Positions 16,932 to 27,411 of a stretch of DNA of 62,533 bases are shown here, piece after piece. The notes beneath the pieces were generated by a model. It was given only the letters and a program-made list of their open reading frames with translations, did not search any database and was not told the origin of the DNA. A program made the position numbers and the translations under genes. Source of the DNA: an uncultured Candidatus Saccharibacteria bacterium (GTDB lineage Bacteria > Patescibacteriota > Saccharimonadia > Saccharimonadales > CAYVSP01); contig CAZOZI010000005.1 of the NCBI GenBank assembly GCA_964584265.1, positions 1 through 62,533 on the forward strand. The letters are read 5' to 3'. How positions within the stretch are numbered: the stretch's first letter is position 1; every line of letters starts with the position of its first letter.

Positions 16932-17996
16932 ATGTCAAATAAGACTGTTACCATGGACGAATTGCTTGAGAAAAGTGACGTCCAGCAATTAAAATCGGGC
17001 GACGTTGTTGAAGGTATTATTACCAGCGTTCGCAAACACGAACTATGGGTGGATTTAGGGGCCAATGGAATTGGTGTAGTAATGCGTCGAGAAATCGGCT
17101 ATGGACAGCCACTCAATGAAGGGGACAGCGTTGTCACCAGCGTGGTAGATCCAGAACTTGACGAAGGCTACGCACTACTAAGCATGAAACGGGCTGTTAA
17201 AGACCGCGGCTGGGACGAATTAGAACAGTTGTTTGAAAATCATGATATATGCGAGGTTACGCCGTATGATGCCAATAGAGGAGGTCTTTTGGTTGAACTA
17301 GAAGGTATCCGCGGTTTCTTACCGGTCAGCCAACTAGCTGCAGGTCATTACCCGCGTGTTTCTGGCGCTGATAAAGATGAAATACTGCAAAAACTAAATG
17401 CACTTGTGAGCAAAGTTCTTAAAGTGCGTATCTTAGACTTGAGCCGTAAAGACAACAAGCTGATTTTTTCTGAAAAAGAAGCTGTCAAAGATGATATGCA
17501 ATCTCGCCTCGAGGATCTTAAGGTTGGTGACAGTGTAGAGGGTACCGTAACTGGCGTTATTGACTTTGGTGCTTTTGTAAATGTCGATGGTATCGAAGGA
17601 CTAATTCACATTAGTGAAATTTCCTGGGAGCGGGTTGAAGATCCAAGAGACTATGTCAAGACTGGACAAAGCGTCAAAGCCAAGATAATCGCTATTGATA
17701 AAGACCGCTTGAGCTTGAGCCTGAAACAGATGAGCGAAGATCCTTGGCTGGAACAAGTTAAGGCTTTTAAAAAAGGCGATATGGTGGAAGGCAAAGTAAC
17801 GCGTATTACACCATTTGGTGCTTTTGTACAGCTTAGTCCAGCCGTAGAAGCTCTGGTACATGTATCTGAGATGAGCGATGACGAAGGTGTTGATCCTGAG
17901 AAGATTTTTCAGCTAAACGAGAAAAAGAAGTTCAAAGTTCTGGACATTGATACTGAAGGCCGCAAAATAGCACTGAGCTTGAAGCATACAAAGTAA
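16932..17996 (+). CDS. rpsA: 30S ribosomal protein S1 (short, about 4 S1 domains)
   Basis: GIRGFLPVSQL, FGAFVNVDGIEGLIHISEISW; GGAGG SD. Confidence 0.9.
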   Translation: MSNKTVTMDELLEKSDVQQLKSGDVVEGIITSVRKHELWVDLGANGIGVVMRREIGYGQPLNEGDSVVTSVVDPELDEGYALLSMKRAVKDRGWDELEQLFENHDICEVTPYDANRGGLLVELEGIRGFLPVSQLAAGHYPRVSGADKDEILQKLNALVSKVLKVRILDLSRKDNKLIFSEKEAVKDDMQSRLEDLKVGDSVEGTVTGVIDFGAFVNVDGIEGLIHISEISWERVEDPRDYVKTGQSVKAKIIAIDKDRLSLSLKQMSEDPWLEQVKAFKKGDMVEGKVTRITPFGAFVQLSPAVEALVHVSEMSDDEGVDPEKIFQLNEKKKFKVLDIDTEGRKIALSLKHTK

Positions 17997-18043
17997 TGGA
18001 TATGTAAGTTAGCGGGCAATGCCCGAGAAAGGAGTGTCGAACC

Positions 18044-19801
18044 ATGGCAACAACTACCATTGCAATCCCAGAAAACATCACCGTCGGCACTCTAGCCGAA
18101 CAATTAACGCTGCCTGTCAGCAATCTTATTACTGAACTCATGAAAAATGGCATTATGGCCACAGTTAATGAACGGATTGATTTTGACACTGCCCAAATCA
18201 TAGTCAGTGAGCTAGGACTGGATATTGAACTGACACGTGAGTCACATGAAGACGAAGAAGCTCCTCGAATTAAACGAACTAGCAGCAAAGGTGAATCACG
18301 ACCGCCAGTCGTAGCTGTTATGGGACATGTTGATCATGGTAAAACCAGTTTGCTAGACGCGATTCGCAGCGCAGAAGTTACCAAGGCAGAAGCTGGCGGT
18401 ATTACCCAACATATCTCGGCATACCAGATTAAACATAAGGAACGGAAAATTACTTTTCTCGATACACCAGGACATGAAGCTTTTGCGGCTTTGCGTGAAC
18501 ATGGTGCCCAAGTAACTGATCTGGCTGTTATTGTGGTAGCAGCTGATGATGGCGTGAAGCCACAGACCATTGAAGCAATCCGATTTGCTCGCAAAGCTAA
18601 CGTCAAGATGCTAGTTGCTATAAATAAGATTGATAAAGAGGGCGCCGACATAAATCGTGTTAAGCAAGAACTAGCCGAACAGGATTTGTTGGTTGAAGAG
18701 TGGGGCGGCGATATTGTAACAGTAGAAGTATCTGCTAAGACAAAGCAAGGACTAGACCAGCTCTTAGATATGGTATTACTAGTTGCTGATGTTGAGGAAC
18801 TGAAAGCTGATTTCAAAGCGATCCCCCGAGGCATTATCATTGAGTCACATATGGAACAGGGCCGCGGGCCGGTAGCTATTGCACTTGTTGAGGAAGGCAC
18901 ACTTATGAGAAACCAGACAGTTGTAACAGGCACAACATATGCCAAGATTCGCAATCTTGAAGCAACAGACGGTAAGCCAATCGAGAAGGCTACGCCGTCA
19001 ACGCCTGTCGTTATTACCGGCTTTAAGGCTTTACCAGAATTTGGTGAAGAGTTTGTAGTTGCTACAAACGAACGAGAGGCTAGATTACAAACTTCAGAGG
19101 CTAATAGCCTCAAGCCAATACGTGGCAAAGCCGACATTTCCAGTAGCGAATTGATGCGCATTATTGACCGCACTCATCAGATTCAAGAGCTCAATATTAT
19201 TATAAAGGCTGACGTTCAAGGTTCGCTGACATCTGTTATTAACAGTCTTAAAACACTTGATACTGAAGAAGTAGCATCGCGAATAGTTGGGTCTGGCGTC
19301 GGCACGATCAGCGAAAATGATATCCATTTGGCTCATACTAGTAAAGCCGTCATTTATGGCTTCAATGTCGGGTTGCCGCCGAGCGTTAAGCAACTTGCAG
19401 CCCGCGACCAAGTGAGTGTGCGTTTATATAAAGTAATCTATGAACTCATAGATGATGTAAAAAACGAATTAAGTCAGCTGCTTCGTCCTGAAGTAGTAGA
19501 AACTGAGTTCGGACGACTTGTTGTAAAAGGCGTCTTCAAAACAACAAAAACCGAAGTTATTTGCGGTGGCGAAGTAACCAAAGGAAAATTAACTTTGCCT
19601 GCACTAGCTCGAGTTATGCGTGGTAAAGAACAGCTCGCTGAGGTAGAAGTCACAAACCTGAAACGCGGACCGCAGGACGCTAAAGAGGTGGTAGAAGGTG
19701 AAATGTGTGGTCTTAGTTTTCGCTCTGTAGCGCGCGTTGATGTACAAGAAGGTGATCATCTGGAACTATTTAAGCGTGAAACCCAGGCCAGGGCACTATA
19801 A
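18044..19801 (+). CDS. infB: Translation initiation factor IF-2
   Basis: MGHVDHGKTSLLD, GGITQHI, DTPGHEAF, NKID, KADVQGS. Confidence 0.97.
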   Translation: MATTTIAIPENITVGTLAEQLTLPVSNLITELMKNGIMATVNERIDFDTAQIIVSELGLDIELTRESHEDEEAPRIKRTSSKGESRPPVVAVMGHVDHGKTSLLDAIRSAEVTKAEAGGITQHISAYQIKHKERKITFLDTPGHEAFAALREHGAQVTDLAVIVVAADDGVKPQTIEAIRFARKANVKMLVAINKIDKEGADINRVKQELAEQDLLVEEWGGDIVTVEVSAKTKQGLDQLLDMVLLVADVEELKADFKAIPRGIIIESHMEQGRGPVAIALVEEGTLMRNQTVVTGTTYAKIRNLEATDGKPIEKATPSTPVVITGFKALPEFGEEFVVATNEREARLQTSEANSLKPIRGKADISSSELMRIIDRTHQIQELNIIIKADVQGSLTSVINSLKTLDTEEVASRIVGSGVGTISENDIHLAHTSKAVIYGFNVGLPPSVKQLAARDQVSVRLYKVIYELIDDVKNELSQLLRPEVVETEFGRLVVKGVFKTTKTEVICGGEVTKGKLTLPALARVMRGKEQLAEVEVTNLKRGPQDAKEVVEGEMCGLSFRSVARVDVQEGDHLELFKRETQARAL

Positions 19802-19821
19802 ATAATCAATAATTCTTTGAC

Positions 19822-21102
19822 ATGGAAGATCTCAGTAAGACTAGTCCCACGGAAGAGCGACACGAATCTGACTCAGAAAAACCGCGTAAGCGTGTTGACG
19901 AGTTTATTCGGCGTTGGTTACTACGACGGCAAGAACCCCTTAACTTTGGAAGAGAACAAGCTCAAGAGCCCGAAACTACCACGGAAGTAGGTCCTAAACA
20001 GAAAAGCAGCTGGGATAGCTTTAGAGAAGGTTGGCACAGACTTTTTAGGTCTACTGAGTCACAACCAGACTTTTTGCCTGAAAAACGCGGCATGACTAAT
20101 GTGAGGCAAGAAACAGAGGAAATGACTCAATCTATTCCAGAAGTACCCACAGAGCCATTTAAGCGAGAAGCCACCCCATTGACACAAGAAGCGCCTGGTT
20201 CGTCCGAAAAGAAAACCACGGATGCAGATGAAAAAAAGGAAGACAAACGTGAGCCAAACAATACAAGTGTAAGATTCCCAGAGACGGTTTCTGCCGCGTC
20301 ATCGATGACCGACACTGCAGAGCGAGTTATGGCCCCTTTCACGGGTTATGAAGCAACTAAAATGGAGCCGAAGCCTACTGTAGAACGGGTTGTTGAAAGC
20401 CGCAGAGGTACCGCGGCCGTGGCTGCGCTGCTTGGTTTGGAATACATTGGCCGCCATCGTGCTGACCGTAAACTTCGTAAACGTAGCCAGAAGGCCGAAA
20501 AACGCCAAGATAAGTCTGAGGATGCACTTCACACTTTGGAGCAACAAAATCAATCCACCTTAGAACATCTTCGTGTCTTGAGAGCCCAGCAGCTTAGCAT
20601 AGAATCGCAGCCTAATAGGGCTGAACCAAATAAAGGGGCCGAAACATTTATTCCACCTTCGGCTGAAGTAAAGAAATATACTGGAAAAATTGAGCAAGCA
20701 GTGCCCACCATAGATAGATTGCCTTTGGCTGAGCAAGTAGTGCAACAGACCGAAAAGCAACAAAGGCCAGAAGCTGTTTTAGAACGTGTGGAAGTGGCGG
20801 CTGAACAGGGTATTCCGGTTGAAGCAATCTATGAGCGCAGGCACGAATCAAAAGATCGATTTGATGCTAGCGGAGTCGGCGGCGGCCCCTCAGGCGGCAA
20901 TAGCCCAATTCTTTTAGCAGAAGCCCTGCAGAAACGCCATGCTACAAGCCAGGCCGAGAGAGCTTATAATGTGAACTCCGCTGAACCAAATAAGCAACTT
21001 ACTACTCAACCTGCCTATAAAAATGCTGTTAAAAACGGCTTTTTAGCCGCGATTGTACTTTTAATATTTGTCGCTATTCTATTTTTAATAGCGCGTTCAT
21101 AA
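19822..21102 (+). CDS. Hypothetical charged, low-complexity protein with C-terminal TM anchor
   Basis: 426 aa E/K/R/T-rich; terminal hydrophobic helix. Confidence 0.7.
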   Translation: MEDLSKTSPTEERHESDSEKPRKRVDEFIRRWLLRRQEPLNFGREQAQEPETTTEVGPKQKSSWDSFREGWHRLFRSTESQPDFLPEKRGMTNVRQETEEMTQSIPEVPTEPFKREATPLTQEAPGSSEKKTTDADEKKEDKREPNNTSVRFPETVSAASSMTDTAERVMAPFTGYEATKMEPKPTVERVVESRRGTAAVAALLGLEYIGRHRADRKLRKRSQKAEKRQDKSEDALHTLEQQNQSTLEHLRVLRAQQLSIESQPNRAEPNKGAETFIPPSAEVKKYTGKIEQAVPTIDRLPLAEQVVQQTEKQQRPEAVLERVEVAAEQGIPVEAIYERRHESKDRFDASGVGGGPSGGNSPILLAEALQKRHATSQAERAYNVNSAEPNKQLTTQPAYKNAVKNGFLAAIVLLIFVAILFLIARS

Positions 21103-21160
21103 GTATATAAGTATAGGTGTAGATAAAATTTTGGTAAAATAAATCGAGAAAGGCTCTAAA

Positions 21161-21505
21161 ATGTTTAAACTTGACGACAATCTACTCAAAGAACTAGGGC
21201 TTGGCAATCTGCCAGCTGAGGAAAAGAACAAGATGTTAGCGCACATATATGAGACGCTTGAGATGCGGGTTGGCATGAAATTAGCCGAGCAGATGAGCAA
21301 TGATCAACTTGATGAGTTTGAAGCTTTTATTGATAAAAATGACGAAGCCGGTGCGCTCAAGTGGCTGGAAACTAACTTCCCGGACTACAAACAAGTTGTG
21401 GGTGATCAGCTTGAGAAACTGAAACGCGAAGTCAAACAGGCTGCCCCACAGATTATGGCTATGAGTGAACGAGCCCCTCAACAACCGCCAGCCCCAGCCC
21501 AGTAA
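21161..21505 (+). CDS. DUF5663 family protein (CPR-associated)
   Basis: MFKLDDNLLKELGLGNLP...YETLEMRVG...QLDEF...WLETNFPDY. Confidence 0.8.
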   Translation: MFKLDDNLLKELGLGNLPAEEKNKMLAHIYETLEMRVGMKLAEQMSNDQLDEFEAFIDKNDEAGALKWLETNFPDYKQVVGDQLEKLKREVKQAAPQIMAMSERAPQQPPAPAQ

Positions 21506-21510
21506 TTTCT

Positions 21511-22407
21511 TTAGAGTTTATGCTTATGACCGGCCAAGAATTCTCGGCTGGTCATTTCTTTGCCGTTTATGGGCTTCAACTTTTTAATTATTAGCGACCC
21601 TGTACCGCAAAAAACTAATAGATTCTTATCTTTTATCATAGGAGTACCTGCTAGACCACTGCCAGCGGCTGTGCTTGCTTCTGTAATGATAACCTCTTTA
21701 CCTGCTAGAACGGTGTGCGATTTTGGCCATTCAATAAAAGCTCTAATTTCGCGCTCAATTTGCTCGGCCGGTTTTTGCCAATCTATAAGACCATCTTGCT
21801 TGGTCAACTTTCTTGAATAGGTAGCCCGATCTGGGTGTGGCTGCTGGCGCAACTGGATATCTCCTTTCATATAAAGCAGTAAGTAGTCCTCGAGTAGCTG
21901 ATTACTGAGCATTATCAGTCGTCTAGTTAGTGAAGGTGTTGTGTCATCAGCTTGAATCGGGAGACTTTTCTGTACAAGTAGCTTGCCGGTATCCAGCGTT
22001 GGTTCAATTAACATGAGACTGACGCCCGTGTTTTTATCACCGGCCAAAATGGCAAAACTGATTGGATCAGCGCCTCGCCAACGTGGTAATAGTGAGAAGT
22101 GTGAATTAATTATTCCAAACTCAAAACAATCGATTATTTTCTTTGAAACAATAACCCCAAAATCAACAATAACCCCTATTTTACTTGCAAAAGTTATATT
22201 CTGTATCAGTTCATCAAGTTCCTGGCGATTCGTAACCGAATACAGAGGAGTATCTTTGTGTAAACCCGGCGTCTTAGCCATTTCTTCCTCAGTATGCGGC
22301 TTTGTAATGACAGCTTCAATCTGGAAATGCTGAGCAAGATGCTCAAGCGAAGTAGCGGCTACTGGACCGCTACCAAAGAATACTATTGTGTCTGATGTCT
22401 TTTTCAT
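21511..22407 (-). CDS. fmt: Methionyl-tRNA formyltransferase
   Basis: VFFGSG, INSHFSLLPRWRGADP, LDTG, ATYSRKL. Confidence 0.93.
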   Translation of the reverse strand: MKKTSDTIVFFGSGPVAATSLEHLAQHFQIEAVITKPHTEEEMAKTPGLHKDTPLYSVTNRQELDELIQNITFASKIGVIVDFGVIVSKKIIDCFEFGIINSHFSLLPRWRGADPISFAILAGDKNTGVSLMLIEPTLDTGKLLVQKSLPIQADDTTPSLTRRLIMLSNQLLEDYLLLYMKGDIQLRQQPHPDRATYSRKLTKQDGLIDWQKPAEQIEREIRAFIEWPKSHTVLAGKEVIITEASTAAGSGLAGTPMIKDKNLLVFCGTGSLIIKKLKPINGKEMTSREFLAGHKHKL

Positions 22408-22948
22408 AATTAAGCGGCTCCAATTTTCCCTCAGAACTCAGTTTAAAGAACGCCTCGGGTTTACCTTTAATATGATCAATGAATACTACACCATTATTGT
22501 GATCAATTTCATGTTGGAGCAAGCGTGCCTGGAAACCTTTAGCGGTAATACGAAACTCCTTACCATTAACATCCATAGCTTTAACACGAACCCTGGAATG
22601 ACGCGGCACCTTACCATATAAATTGGCAATACTTAAACAGCCCTCGTAGTCTTCTTCTACCTGACCTTCATATTTTGTTATGACGGGATTAATAAAGGTA
22701 GTAAACGATCTATCAGCTTTATTATCGAAGTTATTGCGGATAATAACTATTCTCAGTGGCACGTCGATTTGAATGGCGGCTAAGGCCACAGCCAATTCAT
22801 GTTCACGACTGTCTTCCCAATCCAAGGTAGCTGATTCCATGTCTGCCACAATCTTACGAGTACCATCAGTAATGAGGCCAACTTTCTTAGATCGCTGACG
22901 CAGGTGATTATTTGGCAGCAATATAATATCTTCTTTCTTCGCAACCAT
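22370..22948 (-). CDS. def: Peptide deformylase
   Basis: ALAAIQI, EGCLS, QHEIDH. Confidence 0.95.
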   Translation of the reverse strand: MVAKKEDIILLPNNHLRQRSKKVGLITDGTRKIVADMESATLDWEDSREHELAVALAAIQIDVPLRIVIIRNNFDNKADRSFTTFINPVITKYEGQVEEDYEGCLSIANLYGKVPRHSRVRVKAMDVNGKEFRITAKGFQARLLQHEIDHNNGVVFIDHIKGKPEAFFKLSSEGKLEPLNYEKDIRHNSILW

Positions 22949-22979
22949 TTATCCAAGTATAGCTTGTCTGTTAGGACTA

Positions 22980-23351
22980 ATGAAATGCTTATACTTGCAA
23001 TTCCAATTTTTGTCATACAAACTTATTTTCGTGATTAAAGAAAGTTGCCCACTGCTTACGAATCCTCTCAGTGTGCCACATACCCAATTGCCCGAATTTT
23101 GCGTAGAACATTGCGAGAGACTATGGGAACAAGCAATCACAATTGAAGATTACGATGGTCCATATGATCAATATCGAGTTTTTAATCCAGAAGCTTGCCA
23201 GCACGACGGCGAAGTCAGATATTCACATGACAGCTTGGTAGTTATTACGACCACGCTCCGTAATTATGTAATCGTGGAGGAATGTGTGTTGTGTGACGAG
23301 GATAGCGGGGAACAGGGCTTCAAATTTATCTGTCAGTACGGTGGCGAATAA
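22980..23351 (+). CDS. Hypothetical Cys-containing acidic protein
   Basis: ORF between def and priA on the opposite strand; true start may be GTG 23031. Confidence 0.5.
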   Translation: MKCLYLQFQFLSYKLIFVIKESCPLLTNPLSVPHTQLPEFCVEHCERLWEQAITIEDYDGPYDQYRVFNPEACQHDGEVRYSHDSLVVITTTLRNYVIVEECVLCDEDSGEQGFKFICQYGGE

Positions 23352-23354
23352 ATA

Positions 23355-25289
23355 CTAGAGTAAATTGGAAGGATCAAGATCATAAGTCCAATTGGGCGGT
23401 ATATGTTTTATAAGTTCTATAAGCTGTTTACGCTCACGGGCTTTGACTATTAACTGCCACTCATAGCGGCCAGAGTTTTTTTCGTGGAAAGCCGGACTTG
23501 GACCTACTATCTGCAGTGGTTTTTTCAAGCTTTTTAAGCTTTCTGCCAGCTCTTCACTTACTTTTTGCGCGCTGGCTCGACTAGCCCTTTTGCAGGATAG
23601 TTTCATTAAAAAGCAAAATGGTGGAAACAAAAATGCTTCACGCTCCTTGAGCTGTTCCTTATAAAAAGCATCCCACTGTTTTGTGATGGCAGCCCGCATA
23701 GCTGGACCATCAGGTCGATAACTTTGGATAACAATACTACTAGCCCGGTGACCTCGACCAACTCTGCCCATGACTTGATTAAGCAGCTGAAACGTGCGCT
23801 CCTCGGCTGTATAATCGGGGACATATAAACTGCTGTCCGCTAACACAACTCCTACAACGCTCAAATGTGGTAAATCAAGGCCTTTGGCAAGCAGCTGCGT
23901 GCCAACGATAATATCAACCTCCCCAGCTTTAACGTTAACGTAATGTTGTTCAAAACGCTCATCTTTTGAGCTGTCACTGTCGAAACGCTGGATTCGAGCC
24001 TTTGGGAACAGATGCTGCAGTGATTCGGTAATGGACTTTGTGCCAATGCCCTTGAAAACAAGCTCACCACCACCACAAACGGGGCATTGGGTTGGAGTTT
24101 TGGCATGATAACCACATACATGACAACGCATTAGATGATTATCGCCGTGATAAGTAAGTGGTAAGTCACAGCGGGGACACAGCGCCTGCCAACCGCACTG
24201 TTCGCATAACACCAAACGGGCTGTACCACGTCGATTTAAGAAGATAAGAGACTGCTCACCGCGTTTTAAAGCAGTTTCTATTTTTTCAAGCAAGAGGTTT
24301 GAAAGATGCGGGTGGCGTGTTAGCTTGGCTTTATCGCGCAAATCAACCAACTGAATATCAACTGGTTGCGGCTTGCCTGTTGCTATCTCTGTAAGCCGTG
24401 TAATTGGTACGTTTTTGGCTTGGGCTACGAAATATTCGACAACCGGTGGTGTGGCCGAGCCGAGTATTAATTGAGCTTTATGTAAACGAGCTAGTTGTGC
24501 AGCGACGCGAACTGTTTGATAGTAAGGAGCTTGTTCTTGTTTATAGGCTGGTTCATGAAACTCATCAACTACAATTAGCCCAAGCTTATGAAAAGGGACA
24601 AATAGTGCTGAACGTGGCCCAATGACAACTACAGGTTCTTGAGAGCGAAGAACTTCAAGCCAGACTTCACGTCTTTGTGCATCAGTCAATGAGGAATGCA
24701 TAACAAGCACAAGTGCTCCAGGCAACCCAGTTTGCACTTCGCCGACCAACTGTGGTGTGAGCGCAATCTCAGGCGTTAAAATTAAAACTGACTTATTTCG
24801 CTTCAGTTGCTTGGTAGCTAAGTCAATATAAATACGGGTTTTGCCGGTACCAGTGTCGCCGTGTAGTAGGCTGGTTGAAGTCGCACGAGTCTCTAACTCT
24901 TTAATAACTCGTTGTTGGCCAAGTGTGAGTTTGGGCAGGGGAGCTGTTTTAAAAGTTGTTTTTGAGTACGCTATACTAGGTATTTTTTTGGGCAGACTGA
25001 CTGGCAAGAACAATTGTGCTAATAGTCCCAGCGGGGCGGGGTAATAAGACTGAAGCCAAGCAATTAGACTCAGCGTAGTTGCTGGTAATGGTGCCAACAA
25101 AAGTATTTCATCAATTGGTTTGGTTGCAAAAGAAGGCTGTCTAACTTGACGCATTACTATAGCCAGCGCAATCCGATTGCGAATATGAATACGCACTACC
25201 TGCCCAATTGCTATGGCATTGTCACTTGAGTACGTTAGATATTCAGAGCCATGATAGGAGTGTAAGCGAGCCAGCACCTCATAATACAT
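23355..25289 (-). CDS. priA: Primosomal protein N'
   Basis: GDTGTGKT, DEFH, four CxxC pairs, QVMGRVGR. Confidence 0.96.
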   Translation of the reverse strand: MYYEVLARLHSYHGSEYLTYSSDNAIAIGQVVRIHIRNRIALAIVMRQVRQPSFATKPIDEILLLAPLPATTLSLIAWLQSYYPAPLGLLAQLFLPVSLPKKIPSIAYSKTTFKTAPLPKLTLGQQRVIKELETRATSTSLLHGDTGTGKTRIYIDLATKQLKRNKSVLILTPEIALTPQLVGEVQTGLPGALVLVMHSSLTDAQRREVWLEVLRSQEPVVVIGPRSALFVPFHKLGLIVVDEFHEPAYKQEQAPYYQTVRVAAQLARLHKAQLILGSATPPVVEYFVAQAKNVPITRLTEIATGKPQPVDIQLVDLRDKAKLTRHPHLSNLLLEKIETALKRGEQSLIFLNRRGTARLVLCEQCGWQALCPRCDLPLTYHGDNHLMRCHVCGYHAKTPTQCPVCGGGELVFKGIGTKSITESLQHLFPKARIQRFDSDSSKDERFEQHYVNVKAGEVDIIVGTQLLAKGLDLPHLSVVGVVLADSSLYVPDYTAEERTFQLLNQVMGRVGRGHRASSIVIQSYRPDGPAMRAAITKQWDAFYKEQLKEREAFLFPPFCFLMKLSCKRASRASAQKVSEELAESLKSLKKPLQIVGPSPAFHEKNSGRYEWQLIVKARERKQLIELIKHIPPNWTYDLDPSNLL

Positions 25290-25385
25290 AGCACTATTAT
25301 AGGGTTTTAATAATAAAATGTATTGAAATGCTTGGCCAGGCTGGTTATACTGAAGCTTACGTTGTTCTTATAACAATAAAAGCTT

Positions 25386-25673
25386 ATGTTAGATGTATTT
25401 ATAACTTCCAGGGTGCGCCGCAAGATATTAGTGGTCTATGCTAAATATCCAGATTTTAAGACCCATGTACGTGGTCTAGCTAAGCTTATCAAAGAAGATG
25501 CTGGTAATATTCAGCGCGAATTAAAACGCTTGGAGAAGATAGGTTTTCTTATTTCTGAGAAGCAGGGCAATACCAAAATTTACCACACTAATAAGCATTT
25601 TATTATATTCAAAGAGCTCCAAAGTATAGTGTTAAAATCACAACGTGCAACTCAGCGTAAGTCACCTTATTAG
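25386..25673 (+). CDS. Winged-helix DNA-binding protein
   Basis: FITSRVRRKIL...HVRGLAKLIKEDAGNIQRELKRLEKIGFL. Confidence 0.75.
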   Translation: MLDVFITSRVRRKILVVYAKYPDFKTHVRGLAKLIKEDAGNIQRELKRLEKIGFLISEKQGNTKIYHTNKHFIIFKELQSIVLKSQRATQRKSPY

Positions 25674-25714
25674 CCTCTTGCAAAATTAGTCTTTAATCTG
25701 TAGAATAACTGGTT

Positions 25715-25930
25715 ATGATTCAAGTCTCAAAGAAAGACCCCAAAGAGTCTCTGGAGAGTTTATTGCGTCGCTTTAATCGCAAAGTACAACAATCAGGCAT
25801 TGTTACAACAGTCAAACAAGGCCAATACTTTGAGAAGCCCATCAGTAAACGTGATCGACGAACCAAGGCCATTATTCGTCGCGAACGCAAAGCCGAAAAA
25901 CTTAAAAAGATCAAACTCGGGCAACGCTAG
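25715..25930 (+). CDS. rpsU: 30S ribosomal protein S21
   Basis: ESLESLLRRFNRKV...YFEKP. Confidence 0.9.
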   Translation: MIQVSKKDPKESLESLLRRFNRKVQQSGIVTTVKQGQYFEKPISKRDRRTKAIIRRERKAEKLKKIKLGQR

Positions 25931-25938
25931 ACTAACTA

Positions 25939-25970
25939 AGAAAAACCCCGAGTGGGTTTTTCTTTCTTTT
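25939..25970 (+). terminator. Intrinsic terminator after rpsU
   Basis: agaaaaaccc-cgagt-gggtttttct followed by ttctttt. Confidence 0.8.
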
Positions 25971-26030
25971 CCTGACAGCTGATAAACAAAGCTTGAAATA
26001 GATTCCAGCTTCGTTTGATATAATTTTATT

Positions 26031-26387
26031 ATGGACATTAAGGATCACCCTAAAAGAGCTGGTAGGGTGTTAGTGACAATTGAAAACAGTACAGAAGAGG
26101 ATACAATTGCTAATGCTTTTATGGGTGTGTTTGGATTACCTAGTACTAAATTTGCTTTCAAAAGAGTAGTAGTTGACGTATGGACGGGTAGGAGAAGTCA
26201 ATTTCCTTATACCACTACGCTTCCAGAGAAAAACCTTGGGCCTATAGCAATAGAGGCATTCTCACACACAGGTAATGCTCAAGAAAGTATGATATGCCAG
26301 CATATGGGGGAAGCCGTAATCGGATACTTGCAAGGTTTTCAGTCAGAATCGACAACACTTGTCGAACCGCCTAGTCAAACTAGGTGA
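26031..26387 (+). CDS. Hypothetical protein
   Basis: 118-aa ORF; TATAAT 6 nt before ATG. Confidence 0.6.
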   Translation: MDIKDHPKRAGRVLVTIENSTEEDTIANAFMGVFGLPSTKFAFKRVVVDVWTGRRSQFPYTTTLPEKNLGPIAIEAFSHTGNAQESMICQHMGEAVIGYLQGFQSESTTLVEPPSQTR

Positions 26388-26424
26388 AAATTAACCATTG
26401 CTCTGGTACACTTTAGTTCAGGTT

Positions 26425-26874
26425 ATGAGTATTAAGGTGCAAATAGATGCTGACCTCAAGCAGGCCATGCTAGCTGGTGACAAAATACTGGTGATGACTT
26501 TGCGTGGTCTGAAGAGTGCAATTCAATATGCCGAAGTGGCAGCCGGTACGCGTGATGAATACGATGATGACGCTGTTAAAAATGTACTGAGCAAAGAAGC
26601 CAAAAAACGTCAGGAAAGTGCCATACTGTATAAACAAGGTGGTAATGAAGAACGCGCCACAGCGGAGCTGACTGAAAAAAGTGTTATTGAGAAATACTTA
26701 CCTGAGCAAATGACTGAAGCAGAGATTAAACCGATTGTGGATCAAGTTGTTGAAGAACTGGCTGTGACAAGCACGCAACAGATGGGCCAGGTGATGGCTA
26801 AAGTAAGAGAACAAACTAAAGACCGGGCTGATGGAAGTGTTATAGCAAAACTAGTTAAAGAAAGACTGCAGTGA
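26425..26874 (+). CDS. GatB/YqeY domain protein
   Basis: DLKQAMLAGDK...LRGLKSAI...KKRQES...YLPEQM...MGQVM; start moved to ATG 26425. Confidence 0.9.
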   Translation: MSIKVQIDADLKQAMLAGDKILVMTLRGLKSAIQYAEVAAGTRDEYDDDAVKNVLSKEAKKRQESAILYKQGGNEERATAELTEKSVIEKYLPEQMTEAEIKPIVDQVVEELAVTSTQQMGQVMAKVREQTKDRADGSVIAKLVKERLQ

Positions 26875-27404
26875 TTATCTTCATGGGCGTAGCCGGCTCA
26901 GGCAAGTCTATACAGGGTCGTTTACTGGCTGACAGACTGGGTTTACCATGGCTTTCCACTGGTGAATTCTTGCGTATGCTAGTAAGCGGTGAACGTCGCA
27001 AAGATATGGTTGCTGGCATGTTGCTTGAAGACCAAGAGATAATTGCATTGCTACAAAAAATATTACACCTTATTGATAGTAGTCAAGAGTTTGTCCTAGA
27101 TGGTTTTCCACGCTCACTGGCACAGGCTGATTGGCTGGTTAGCCAGATAAAGCATGGGCAGCTGAAAGCAACGGCTGTCATCCATCTAATGGCCTCTGAG
27201 AAAACGGTGGGCAAGCGTCTTTTACAGCGTGGTCGAGTTGACGATACGCAGGAAGCAATTCATAAGCGATTTCAAGAGTATGAGCATGCCATCAAACCTA
27301 TTTTGGAGCACTTCAAAGCGGCTGGTATTAAAGTCCACGATATAGACGGTGTGCAGGATGTTGAAGCGGTCCAAAAGGCTATCATAAAGGCGCTTAAGTC
27401 GTAG
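26871..27404 (+). CDS. adk: Adenylate/nucleoside monophosphate kinase (short LID)
   Basis: GVAGSGKS, LSTGEFLR, LDGFPRS, GRVDDT. Confidence 0.85.
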   Translation: MIIFMGVAGSGKSIQGRLLADRLGLPWLSTGEFLRMLVSGERRKDMVAGMLLEDQEIIALLQKILHLIDSSQEFVLDGFPRSLAQADWLVSQIKHGQLKATAVIHLMASEKTVGKRLLQRGRVDDTQEAIHKRFQEYEHAIKPILEHFKAAGIKVHDIDGVQDVEAVQKAIIKALKS

Positions 27405-27411
27405 GATAAAA

